A stretch of 64,000 nucleotides of DNA from Patescibacteria group bacterium (GTDB taxonomy: Bacteria; Patescibacteriota; Minisyncoccia; Phycocordibacterales; UBA9973), in contig JAZKBO010000006.1 in NCBI GenBank assembly GCA_040388575.1, positions 43,250 through 107,249 on the forward strand. Direction: 5' to 3'. The notes under the pieces were generated by a model. That model did not search any database, was not told the origin of the DNA, and saw only the letters and a list, made by a program, of their open reading frames with translations. A program made the translations under genes and the position numbers. Below, in pieces: positions 16,891-28,700 of the stretch. The number at the start of each line of letters is the position of its first letter. Within the stretch, counting starts at the first letter, position 1.

Positions 16891-19524
16891 TTAACTACTT
16901 TTAAACCAATTCCTGTTTAATATTGAGAAGTCGATAGAGTTAACTATACCATCATGATTCAGATCCGCAGCAGAGTTAGCAGTAAACCAAACTAAACTCA
17001 TGATAGACCAGTCGAGGGAGTTGACGATACCATCAGAGTTTAAATCCCCCGCTATTGGGGAAGATATTGGTGAAGGCGTTGGTGCTGGTGCGGGAGTAGA
17101 TGAGGTGTTGGGTTTGAAAGTAGCAATAGATATTTCCCATGGACGATACACATAATCCGCGGTTGCACTGTAGCTGCCGGCAGTAGCGATTTGGCGATAC
17201 ATGGCCATGGAGACGTTAATATTTTCCGCTATTTTAGTCCAGCCACTGCCTGGAGTATTTACAACACCAAGTTGACTTAAGGCCAAACTAACTCCAAAAC
17301 CAGCACTCGGAGTTATAGCTGCACCCGAGTCCGGTGCTCCAGTAAGAGCAGAATTTGAAGAGGTGTCGGAGAGAATATAATCCCCTTTCATTTCCATAAC
17401 ACTGACACCGGTAACTGCAGCACCAACTCCACCACTGATATGGATAGCAGGGGTTCCAGCTTTAATATTATGTGCGTAATATATTGCACTATCTTGACTA
17501 TAATTAGAGCCGGCATATTCTAAAGCTCGCGTGTATGTATTTACGCCATCAGTAACAGCATCGGCAGTTGTACCGTACCAGCCAGCTATTGCGACAACGA
17601 TAGTGTTGCCTGCTGACACCGGACTTGGTAGCGAAACAGTTCCAGATGATATTCCTGAAGCAGATTGTACTAAAGAGCCTGCGCCAGTCCCGGCTGTCGG
17701 GCCAACATTGAGAGACGTTGTGGGGCCAGGAGTCGGAGAAGAAGGTGAAGGAGTAGGACTTGGAATTGGTGAAGGTGACGGACTTGGTGCTGGAGAAGGC
17801 TGGGGAGCTAAAGGTGGAGTAACTGAGCCCGATCCGGTATTGAATACATAGACAAGATTGGACTCTTGATATCGAGGACTGTTTCCGTTGGTGAATGCCA
17901 TCATAATTTGTTTAGCAGAGTTATCCACTATAGTACTTGATGGATAATGATCGTAAACAAAACGAGATGTCACTCCACTACCAGACTCTGGGGAACCGAA
18001 AGCTTTCACAAAATTTGTTAAATCAATTTCTTCATTGTATTTAACATCATAAGGTTGCCGAGTACCGGCAGCTACTTGCGCATACTGCGCTGGGTCGTAA
18101 ATTTGTAATCGATAAGTAGAACGCGAACATGCTGGCTGGCCGTGGAAATACACACAACCAAATAATACCGGACTACCCACAACAGGCTTATGAGTACCAC
18201 TACTTACATCCGCATTATAAATATGAAAAGCGATACGCCCTGTGGCTGAATTTACTGAATCCACAATAATGAATGACAGATTGCGGCCATTGGCGGTACT
18301 GTCACAACCCGGATCTACTCCTACTGTACATGTTTGTATCCACATTAAGTCACCCGGATTTACATTTAAACCATCGTGAGTAGAAGTTGAAGATACATAG
18401 AAAGCACCGGTGGGAGTGTAACCAGAATCATCTATGGTAGGTGCTGGGTTAGCAAGTACTGAAGTATTGAGCCAACCTTCTGGCACCTGTATCGGCACAA
18501 CTACTCCTTGTTTTATGCCATCATCATACCAACCAATACTATGATACATATCATAGCCAAACCAGCCGTGACCGCCCCAAGGGTCCCAGATAGTTCCATA
18601 TGTGCCTTCTGAATATTTATTGAAAGCTAACTGCGCTGCGTAAGGTGGTGTCGGCGGCTGAGTTGGAGTACAGCCTATACCAAGATCACTGCAAGTAGGA
18701 CCGTCATAATTTGCGAGATAAAGTGCTAGGATCTTACTGTAATCTACTGGGTAATTCGTAGCTGGAGCACATGGATTATCAGCTGGTGGAATAGTGGCAA
18801 ATAGCGTTGGTCCATAGCTAGCCGATGCAGCTTGACCAAGGGAGCCTCCGAAGCCAACGCCCCAACGCGCGCCAGAGGGTAAGTTGGCATTAACGAAACT
18901 ACTCGGAATATTTAAAATTCCGGTGCCAGTTACTGTGGTGTTGGTGTTGTTAAGCCCCCAGCAACCTTTGGTAGTGAGAGTGTGAGTTGTATCATTTAAA
19001 GTTGCCGCAGCAAAACTGTTGCGTTGAGCCGTATTACTATAATTACCGCTCCAGGATAGGAGCAAGCGAGATGCAACATTGTCATAATTCATCCCGTAAG
19101 CATCGACAGACTGAGTGTAACTATTGGGTATATAATCATCTTTTTCATGAACGATGTAATATCCCCAGTCACCACCCCAACTCTCGAGGCTCGCTCGATT
19201 TAGGGAGGCGGTTGGTGTGTTACAAGGCAAGAGCTGTGGCTCTGGAAATTCATATACATGAGAGTCGCCAGCGTACATAAAGTAATGTCGATTACCGTTT
19301 TCATAGCGCATGGCCATAGGAAAATAATAAGTACCATTGCCTGTGGGTACGCCAGGAGTGAGAAATGCTCCCGCGCAGGTAAGGTCACTTGTTGCAAGTA
19401 CACTACTTGCAGCCTGTGCTTGATTAGCATAGTAAGTAATATGTATCTGCCCAACTAGAAAAACTCCTACAAATATACTCACTGCTACTAATATAGCCCA
19501 ATGCATGTTGTGATGCCGGTTCAT
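16891..19524 (-). CDS. Secreted dockerin-tagged protein, paralog family member 3, with the same extra C-terminal beta domain as member 1.
   Basis: 877 aa. 'MNRHHNMHWAILVAVSIFVGVFLVGQIHITYYANQAQAA'. Core motifs as in member 2. C-terminal domain 'TTSLNVGPTAGTGAGSLVQ…VVAIAGWYG…YYAHN'. The last about 80 aa, including the dockerin, are identical to member 1 (240-bp exact nucleotide identity). Confidence 0.7.
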   Translation of the reverse strand: MNRHHNMHWAILVAVSIFVGVFLVGQIHITYYANQAQAASSVLATSDLTCAGAFLTPGVPTGNGTYYFPMAMRYENGNRHYFMYAGDSHVYEFPEPQLLPCNTPTASLNRASLESWGGDWGYYIVHEKDDYIPNSYTQSVDAYGMNYDNVASRLLLSWSGNYSNTAQRNSFAAATLNDTTHTLTTKGCWGLNNTNTTVTGTGILNIPSSFVNANLPSGARWGVGFGGSLGQAASASYGPTLFATIPPADNPCAPATNYPVDYSKILALYLANYDGPTCSDLGIGCTPTQPPTPPYAAQLAFNKYSEGTYGTIWDPWGGHGWFGYDMYHSIGWYDDGIKQGVVVPIQVPEGWLNTSVLANPAPTIDDSGYTPTGAFYVSSTSTHDGLNVNPGDLMWIQTCTVGVDPGCDSTANGRNLSFIIVDSVNSATGRIAFHIYNADVSSGTHKPVVGSPVLFGCVYFHGQPACSRSTYRLQIYDPAQYAQVAAGTRQPYDVKYNEEIDLTNFVKAFGSPESGSGVTSRFVYDHYPSSTIVDNSAKQIMMAFTNGNSPRYQESNLVYVFNTGSGSVTPPLAPQPSPAPSPSPSPIPSPTPSPSSPTPGPTTSLNVGPTAGTGAGSLVQSASGISSGTVSLPSPVSAGNTIVVAIAGWYGTTADAVTDGVNTYTRALEYAGSNYSQDSAIYYAHNIKAGTPAIHISGGVGAAVTGVSVMEMKGDYILSDTSSNSALTGAPDSGAAITPSAGFGVSLALSQLGVVNTPGSGWTKIAENINVSMAMYRQIATAGSYSATADYVYRPWEISIATFKPNTSSTPAPAPTPSPISSPIAGDLNSDGIVNSLDWSIMSLVWFTANSAADLNHDGIVNSIDFSILNRNWFKSS
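16905..17145. repeat. Roughly 240-bp exact repeat (copy B) of 12146..12386.
   Basis: See copy A. The 3' coding ends of paralogs 1 and 3 have been homogenised (consistent with gene conversion). Confidence 0.7.
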
Positions 19525-19552
19525 ATGTAAATTATTGTATCATTTTTAAATT

Positions 19553-19740
19553 TTACGGGCTTGCACCTCCCCCACCGCCTGAGCCACCGCCACCTTGCGA
19601 GCCGCCGCCGCCGGAGCCGCCATTATCTCCCTGATCACCAGAGCCGCCAGAGCCGCCGCCAGAGCCGCCGCCGCCTTGAGAACTACCGCCGCCAGAGCCG
19701 CCGCCAGATGCTCCACCCCCGCCACCGCGTGAGATAAAAT
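19553..19740 (-). repeat. GC-rich simple-sequence tract (GGN/GCC codon repeats) encoding the poly-Gly/Ser C-terminal tail of the giant protein.
   Basis: ggagccgccgcc / gccaccgcc repeats. Locally far higher GC than the surrounding gene. Confidence 0.6.
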
Positions 19741-22700
19741 GCCAACAAGCAGAATCATTGCCACCTTGATTGTTAGAATGGTCATTGAAAGTAATTATGC
19801 CGGTACCATTAGCACAGCCGCTATCCATAACATCAACGAAGTCCATAATAACAGAACCGATCAAATTAAGATTCCACTGATTGCCTGGGGAATCAGAAGC
19901 TATCGAAATATGATTATTGGAATTACCAACTATATGTAATATTCCTGAAAAGCCGGTGTCCCTGGCATGTTTAAATTGCACCAGGGTGCTACCAGTTGTA
20001 TCGGTAAAGTCATTGAAGGTGGTCGCAGTTGATCCATCAATAGTAACAGCGGTACTTGGATTACTTGGCTCAATTATTACCGCCCCAGCGGCTGGATTGA
20101 AAATTCCATTATTTGTGAATCCTGTACCGGTCAATGTAATATTGTGGCTTCCGTTAGCATCTAAGGTTTGTGAAGCATCGATGATAATTGTTTTAGCCTT
20201 AGTGTTAGAGCCGAGGTTAAGCGTCGTTGCACCAGATCCTGCAGATATTTGAACATTTCCTAGATCTTCTGGGGTGCTATTTCCATCGGTAAGAGTCTGT
20301 GTCGTACCTCCGTTAAATACTGTAGTACCGGATCCTGCATGAATACTAGCGCCATTGGTGACAGTCAGGTTACCTTTTAGAGTTGTGTTGGTATTTGGTA
20401 ATGAATACGTACCTGAACCACCTAAGATAAGATGGTTGAATGTTGTTGGGGCTATAGTGGCTGTTGTGCCAGTATATTCTACGGTACCGGTTGAAGGTGT
20501 AAATGTTCCGGTAACTGAAAGTGGAGTACCAGTACCAGTGAGGGTTATAGTATTAGAACCATTAGCATCTAACGTTTGACTAGAATCAACTGCAATAGAA
20601 GTGGCCTTGATTGATGAGCCAAGTTGAGCAGTAGTTGGGACGCTACCTGGTGTCCAAGCTTCGACTTCAATCACACGACTATAACCAGTACTTCCTGACT
20701 CCTGTGTATCGTGAACTAGAACTCTGACCTTTGAAGTATGGACGTTTAATCCAGTTAGTTGAGTCCAAACATGATTATTATTTGTTATAGCTCCACCAGT
20801 AAATATCTGCCAAGCCGCACCGTCCCAATACTGTATATCAAAATCCTCAAGGCCAAAGTCGGTTGAAGTCATGCCGAGGGTTGGATCTGTTGGAGAGCTG
20901 AAGTTATCTTGCATGCCAAATACATCCATTTCACCGAGGGTATATGAGGTGTCGAAATCCACCTCTAACCAGTCATTACTAAAGTCGTTGATGGTATTGT
21001 CATTCCAACCACCATTGGTACCCCAGACATCACCCTTGCGGTTACCGTCATTGGCAAAAGCTGGTAAGTAGTTAGCGTCAAATGTAGTCGAACCTGAAGC
21101 TGTGCCACCATTACCCGAGGCAGCAACATTCGTTGGAGTGCCGGCAGCGCCTGAAATTTGTATATTACCTAGATCTCTCTTAGTGCTATTGTTATCTGTT
21201 ATCGCCTGAGTTGTTCCACCACTGAAGATAAGTGTACCGCCACCGCGAGTTATATTTGCTCCAGAGGTTATGACTAAATTGCCTTTGATGTTGGCATCAG
21301 TGCCTGGAGTGGTGTAGGTACCGGAGCCGCCAAGAGTAAGATTATTAAATGTTGCTGCAGTTACTGTAGCGCTAGAACCTGTATAAACTACTGTGGAAGA
21401 ATCGCGAGAAAATGTTCCGCTGACAGTTAGAGGTGTTCCAGAACCCGTAAGTGTTATTGTTGAGCCATTGGTAGTCAAGGCTCCCTTAGTAGTGATATTA
21501 ATGGAGCCTGCAGTTAAGGAACGATTTGATCCAGTTGTATCTAATATGTCATTACCGGTTGAAGATGCATTACCTATCGTCACGGCATTATTTACTACAA
21601 TATTCGCAGGAAGATTGTAAGTGGTAGCCGTAGAGTCAGAAGCTGTGCCCACGCCCAGGCCGCCGTAAGTGGTGTTTTCAATATCTGTAGTACTTGTTCC
21701 CTCATAATTTACTGTACCACTTGTAGCGGTGAGAGTTCCACCATTGTTGTACAGCGGTCTTGAAGTTGTAGTGCCGGAGCCTGTGAGTGAAATAGTATTA
21801 CTGCCTAGAGTTAAGACCTGTGATGCATCTATAGTAATTTTTGTAGCCTTAATAGATGAGCCCAAACTTAGTGTAGATGTTCCTGAATTTGCCGATATTT
21901 GAAGTAAGCCTAAATCACTATTTGTGGCGTTGCCGGTTATAGTTTGCGTACCGCCCCCGCCTTTGGCAAAAATTATTTTATTCGCTCCGGACTTGGTGAC
22001 AACTGTTCCAGTACTGACCAACATATCACCACGCAAAGTTATATTGGCTGATGGTAGAGTATATGTCGGTGTGCCAGATGCTGGAGTGAAAGAAAGATTA
22101 TTATATGTTGCCGCTGTGATATTTGTAGCTGATGTGCCAGCATACACTAATGTAGAGGCACCTGGAGTAAATGTGCCGCCCAGTGTAAGTGGATCACCAG
22201 AACCTGAAAGCGTAATAGTAGAACTATTCGGTGTAAGGGTAGATAATGTCGGGATTATAAGACTGCCAGCGGTAAGGTTATAATTGCTTCCAGTTGTATC
22301 GAGCACAACATAACCTTCATGTCCGGAAGTACCATCAGGTTGGAGATGTAACGTACTGGCTACAGAAGTTGTACCACCGAGGTTAAAAGTATTAGTGCCA
22401 TCAGACCATGCCTCTAATAAGATATTGTGGCCAACTGTAATGGCACCTAGGATGGTAAAGCTAGTATTAGCACTATTCGGGTAAAGTTCTAGATCATAAT
22501 AGTTTACCGCTTCCACACTTGTATTGCCTACTCCGTAATAACCAACCCATCCTGTTCCACCAGTAAATGTTCCGCTATTTATGAACGGCCTTGATCCAGC
22601 AGTGCCTGATTTATTTAAATACAAATTACCAGAACCCATGTTGAGCCCTCCAGAAGCGCCCACACTGAGTACATTCGATGAACCCATGTTAAGTGTCCTT

Positions 22701-25700
22701 GTAGATAGTAATAGGTTTCCTGCTGTAACAGTGACATTTCCACCCGGAGTAATATTGCCCGACATAGTAAAGTCTGGAGTTCCCGAGGCCGCGTTTATTA
22801 CAAGATTACCGTATGTCGCAGCCACTACGCTGGTTGCTGCAGTTTGCATATAAGTTACCGTCGAGCTCGCCCCATAAGTATATGTCGTGAAGCTTGCAGG
22901 ATATGCGGAAGTGCCCGACATTTCAAAGAAGGCACCGTTAGAGACTGTAAATGTTTTGCTAGAAGCGCCAGTTATTGCGGAACCCCCGTTCTTTAGGGTT
23001 CCTGCACTGACAGTTAAGTTCCCATCAGCAATTAAATTAGAAGCCAACGTCCAGACTCCGCCGGAACCGTTAAAGTTAACAATATTAAAATCTCCAACGC
23101 CATCGATGGAATCAACAACTTCGTTTGTGGTAGAAGTAAAATTAACTGTTGAACTTCCAGGATTGAAAGTACTATTGTTTTCCCAAGAACCAGAGATATT
23201 AAATGTTGCAGTCGAAGTGGCAGTTAAAGTTCCATCGATCAGTATATTGTGAGTACTTAAAATTTCTGATGAACCAATAGTAAAGGTGTCGGCTGATCCC
23301 ACCTCAATAGTTTCATCGGCGTAGGAATTAGAGCAACCCTTGACTGAAAGTGTGCTGGAAGCTACTGAATACATGACATCTTCATCATCGCTACAATCAT
23401 ACCCTGTCCCAGAAGTATTCATGTCGGTAAGAGTTAGCGACTGAAAATCGTTTAGTGAACCAATAGATATAACATTGGTATCAAGTATCATCGCTGTGAT
23501 GTCCCCTGTGCCGTCATACTTAGCCACTGCGGTAGACTCAGCACTGTCAGCTACGTTATCAAGCCAGACAGTGACTATTTGACCAGAACTTACGGTAACG
23601 TTTGAAATAGACCAGGCACTAGAAGCGGTAACACCACTTTGACCCGCAAGCACACCATTAACTGCAACTTTAACTACAATAACGTCTCCGGCATTTGTTG
23701 TTCCGGAAATCGTGATACCGCAGCCAACGAAAGTCCACGCATTACTGCCATTGTCAGTAGAACCATTGGCTGTAATAGAGCCTGCTTGATGATCGGCAGC
23801 TACGTTCCAGATAGTAACTGTTCCGCTGTTGGTCCAGGTTCTGGAGGAAGCTGCAGTAATAACTATGTCGTCCGTGCCTGCACAAACAGTGCTGCCATTA
23901 GCCTCAATAATAATAGTTCCTGAATTAGAAACATTGCCCGTAAGAGTAATGTCGCCAGTGCCGAGGTTAGACCAAGTGCCGCTCGCACCCACAGTGACAG
24001 CGCCTGTTGTTAAATTAAATGTGGCTCCCTGCGACAAAGTTCCGGTAGTTATGCCAAGCGCACCACTGACTGTTACATTACCTGTTTGAGTAAATGTCGG
24101 AGTACCTGAAGCGGCGGCAATAGTTAAATTATTGAAAGTTTCCGCGGCAATATCCGTAGTCGAAGTTCCGGCAAATACAACAGTACCCGTAGATTCAGTG
24201 AAAGAACCATTGTTCACAAATGGACGTGAAGTGCTAGTACCAGAGCCGGTGAGAGTTAAAGTATTAGAACCATTAGCATCCAAGGTTTGAGAAGAGTCAA
24301 CTATTATTTTGGTGGCTTTGATACTAGAGCCGAGGGCAAGGGTCGTGGATGAACCTCCACCACCAGCAAATCCCCCACCTTGTATTCTCCAATAGTCGCC
24401 ACTCCAACCAGTTACATCAGGATTAATATCTGTAGTCACTCCTTCATTATAAAGGAAGTGAAAAGTGTAAGCAGTTTCAGTTAATGCTTCAGTAAATCCG
24501 GATGGGGGTGTTATAGCTTGAGGGCTAGCAGTTGCCATTGCTAAGACGACAATGCCAGTTGATGGCATAGTAATCGTGCCGGGTGTTGCATGGCCTGCTC
24601 CAACAGTCACATTGTCGTTAGCTGAATAACCTTGAGCACTTCCAAGATTAGATACTTCCCAAACACCCACTACTCTATTTCCTGCTCCTGACCCTCCTCC
24701 CCATGAAGCCGTTACCACATCATTTACTGCACCATTAGTTGATGCGGTATAGAACATTTCCATAAAGTTGGCATTAGGGTCTGTGGTAGTGGTATGTTTT
24801 GCTCCCATCGAAGTAAATGTATCACCTGCCGTATTAGTAATTGTCGGATCACTCAAGCCTGTATCGCCAGCGTTGTACCATTGGACAAAGACAATAAGTC
24901 CGTTACCTGCGGTGTGAGTTTGTGCATTTGTGACTTGTGACCAAACGAAATAGCCACCGCCAGATCCATCTACGAAGTTTTGATATGTTGGCGATCCTCC
25001 TCCCCCGCCGGAAACCTCCAATATCCCCAAATCTTGTTTAGTGGTGTTGTTGTCGGTCACCGTTTGAGTTGTTCCGCCAGTTAAAATAATTTTATTCGAT
25101 GAGGATTTGGTAACTGTTGCCCCATTAGTTACAACCAAATTACCATAAAGAGTTACGTCTGATGCAGGCAATGTATATGTTCCTGTACCGCCTAAGGTTA
25201 GATTTCCGTAAGTTGCGGCTGTGATAGTAGGAGCAGTTTGTTTATACGTTACAGTCGAGCTAGCTCCATATGTATATGTAGTAAAGCTTGCAGGGTAGGC
25301 CGAAGTGCCAGACATTTCAAAGAAGGCGCCGTTAGAGACTGAAAAGGTATCAGTAGCTCCATTACCAGTAATAGAGAAGCCTCCATTTTTCAGAGTACCA
25401 TTTGGGATATCTATTGCAGTAGCACTAGCAGCATCAGTTTCTAAGTTTGCACCCAATGTCCACTCTCCCCCAGTACCGTTAAATTTAAGACGGTTAAAGT
25501 CAGATGAGCCTGAAAGAGTTCCACCGATTGTATGACCTGCATCAGTTGCTTCAAAAATTACCAGGCCAGAATTGTTGGTAAAGGTGCCGGAGTTGGAATA
25601 ATTTCCATAAAGCTCTAGTGTGCCAGAGGTTGAAGTAAAAGTACCGCCCGAGATGGTTAGGTCTATGGCGCTGATGCCACCCGAACCGCCGGTGAATGTA

Positions 25701-28700
25701 CCACCAGAAGAAATGTTACCAGTTGCCGTAATCACCCCAGAAGTTGTTTGCACTAAAGTTCCCGTCACGGTTACATTGTCCGTGGAGAGAGTTTCGGCTG
25801 ATCCAATTGTTAGAGTGTTGCCCGATTCGATTTGAATAGTTTCGTCAGCATACGAGTTACTAGTTGCGCCCACACAACTGTTGCCTTGTACTAATAAGGT
25901 ATTAGAGAAAACATTATACATGACATCCTCATCATCACTACAATCATAGCCAGTCCCCGTTGGATTCATGTCGGTAAGCGTTACAGACTGATTGTCTACG
26001 GAGCCAATAGAAAGAACATTAGTATTGAGAACTATTCCTGTCATGTTGCCCGAACCATCGTACTTAGCCACAGCTGTAGATTCCGCATTATCCGCCACAC
26101 CATCAAACCAGACTACTACTACTTGGCCAGACGTTACTGCTACGCTGCTGATTGACCAAGCTCCAGAAGAAGTTGAGCCTGTGGAACCGGATACTGAACC
26201 GTTCACTGCAACTTTTACAGTTAAACCATTCCCAGCATTTGTTGTTCCAGAAATAGTGATGCCGCAACCAACGAATGTCCAGGTTGTCCCTGTGCCTTGA
26301 GTTGAACTGTTGGCAGTAACAGAACCTGTTTGATGAATTGCATTCACGTCCCAAATGGTGAAAGTTCCAGCTCCTGACCAAGCTCGGTCAGTTGTGCCAT
26401 CACTCGTGGTAATAGTAATATCATCTGTGCCAGCAGTGCCACAAGAACTGTGACCATTCGCCTCTATAGTTATCACTCCTGAATTGCTAACACCTCCTGC
26501 TAGTGTTATGTCCCCTGTTCCAGTGTTAGACCAGATACCATGAGTGGCCACAGTAACAGCTCCAGATGCTAAGTTGTATGTAGCTCCTTCATCTAATGTG
26601 TGGTTACTGCCTGATGCGTTACCGATAGTGAGTGTTCCTGCTGCAGTAACATTTCCAGTTTGAGTGTAAGTCACTACATTGGCATCATTTTGAGTTCCGA
26701 TTTCAAGATTGCCATATGTGGCTCCCACTACCGAAGCTGCGGCAGTTTGTAAATATTTAGTGGTACTAGTGGAACCAAAAGTATATGTAGTGTAACTCGC
26801 TGGGTAAGCTGATGTGCCGGTCATGGAGAAAGTTGCGCCACTGGCAATGTTGAAGGTGTCAGTAGCGCCGTTACCAGTGATGCTGTAGCCACCTGTATCT
26901 AATGTTCCAGCTGAAAGGTTTAAGGCAGTGCCAGAGGCACCAGCTGTAATAATGTTGCCGCCTAAAGTAAATGTAGGAGTGCCAGATGCAGGAGCTAGAG
27001 AGAGATTACCGTATGTGGCTGCTACTACGCTAGTCGCCGCAGTTTGCTTGTATGTCACAGTCGAACTTGCCCCATATGTATATGTAGAAAAGCTTGCAGG
27101 GTATACGGAAGTTCCGGACATTTCAAAGAAGGCGCCATTGGATATCGAGAGAGTGTCTGTCGCGCCGTTACCAGTAATAGAAAAGCCACCGTTCTTTAGT
27201 GTACCTGCTGTTATAGCAAGAGCAGTAGCACTGGCTTTACTAACTTCTAGATTTGCACCCAGAGTCCACTCCCCGCCTGAACCGGAGAAATTAAGAATAT
27301 TGAAGTCTGAACTTCCAGACAGTGTGCCGCCGAGTGTGTGACCAGAGCCAGTAGCGGTGAAAGTGACTGTGCCGGAATTGTCAGTAAATGTTCCGGAGTT
27401 AGAATAGTCACCGCTTAAAGATAAGGTGCCTGAAGTTGAGGTGAATGTTCCGCCAGAGATTGTCAGGTTGACTGCACTTACTGCTCCGGAGCCTCCAGTG
27501 AAGGTACCTGAAGAGGAGATGTTACCAGTAGCTGTGATAGTGGCGGTGGTAGTTTGAACTAAGGTTCCTGCAAGTGTTAAGTCCTTGGTAGTGATGGAAT
27601 TTCCAGAGCTCTCAGTCAATGTCGCGCCCGAGAGAATATTTAAATTCTCGTCCGAATATGCACTGCCGGCATCGACGAGAAGCGTGCCGGAATTAGCACT
27701 ATGCATGATGTTAGCATTGTCATCATGGTCGTATTGTCCCAAGTTAGTTATGGAGAGTGACTGACTACCGTGCCCTATGGCAAGCACATGCTTGTTGAGG
27801 ACTACCCCCGTAACATTGCCGCTTGCATACTTTGTAACTGCGGTACCTTGATTAGCGGTTGTACCAGTATTCAGGAAAACAGTAATTACATCTCCAGCCA
27901 CAGGCGCTGGCACATCTGTTAGTGACCACGCACCGCTAGCAGTATTAACTGGAGTACCAGCGGTAGCAGTATTTACCGCAACTACAACTTGTATTCCATC
28001 CGCTACATCCGTGGTACCAGAGACCGTTATACATGATGATGAAAATGTCCAGCCATTGTTACTGGTATTGGTGGAGTTATAGGCAGTTATTGATCCAGTT
28101 TGGTAAGAAACCGATACATTATATATAGTGAAGGTCCCAGCTCCAGACCAATTACGTTGAACTGCCGCAGAAGAGCCAATAACAATATCATCCGCCCCAG
28201 TGCATGAAGTAGAGTTGTTGGATTTAATAGTAATCACACCGGCGTTGGAAACAGCCGATCGCAGCGTAATATCCCCTGTTCCGATATTAGACCAAGTACC
28301 ATTAGCGCCGACTGTTATACCATTAGCGTTTAAATCGTAAGATGCCCCTTGCGAGAAAGTTCCTTTTGTTATTGTCAGGACCCCAGCCCCCAATGTAGCG
28401 TTCGTTGCCAGGGTGACAGTGTCAGAATTATTTGTTTTATTAATAGTGATTATGCCACTGGTTGCAGTTCCGCCACTATTTGTATAAGTTTGCGCATTAG
28501 AGCCAGTGAAATTAAGAGGATAGTTTCCGCCATCACCACCTGCCGCAATAACCACATTACCTTGAGCTTCAATTGTACCAGTATTAATAAGACCGTCAGT
28601 TTGGGTAAATGTCCCTAAAACAATAAGCGTGTCTCCACTAGCAACAGTTGTGGTAAAGCCGCCCGCACTAGCCATATTTAAATTATTAAACGTCTCCGTA

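Noticed and set aside
19546-19785. 79-aa minus-strand ORF (Ala/Leu-rich) overlapping the 3' end of the giant gene.
   Set aside because: It is an alternative frame of the GC-rich poly-Gly/Ser-coding tract and has no support.
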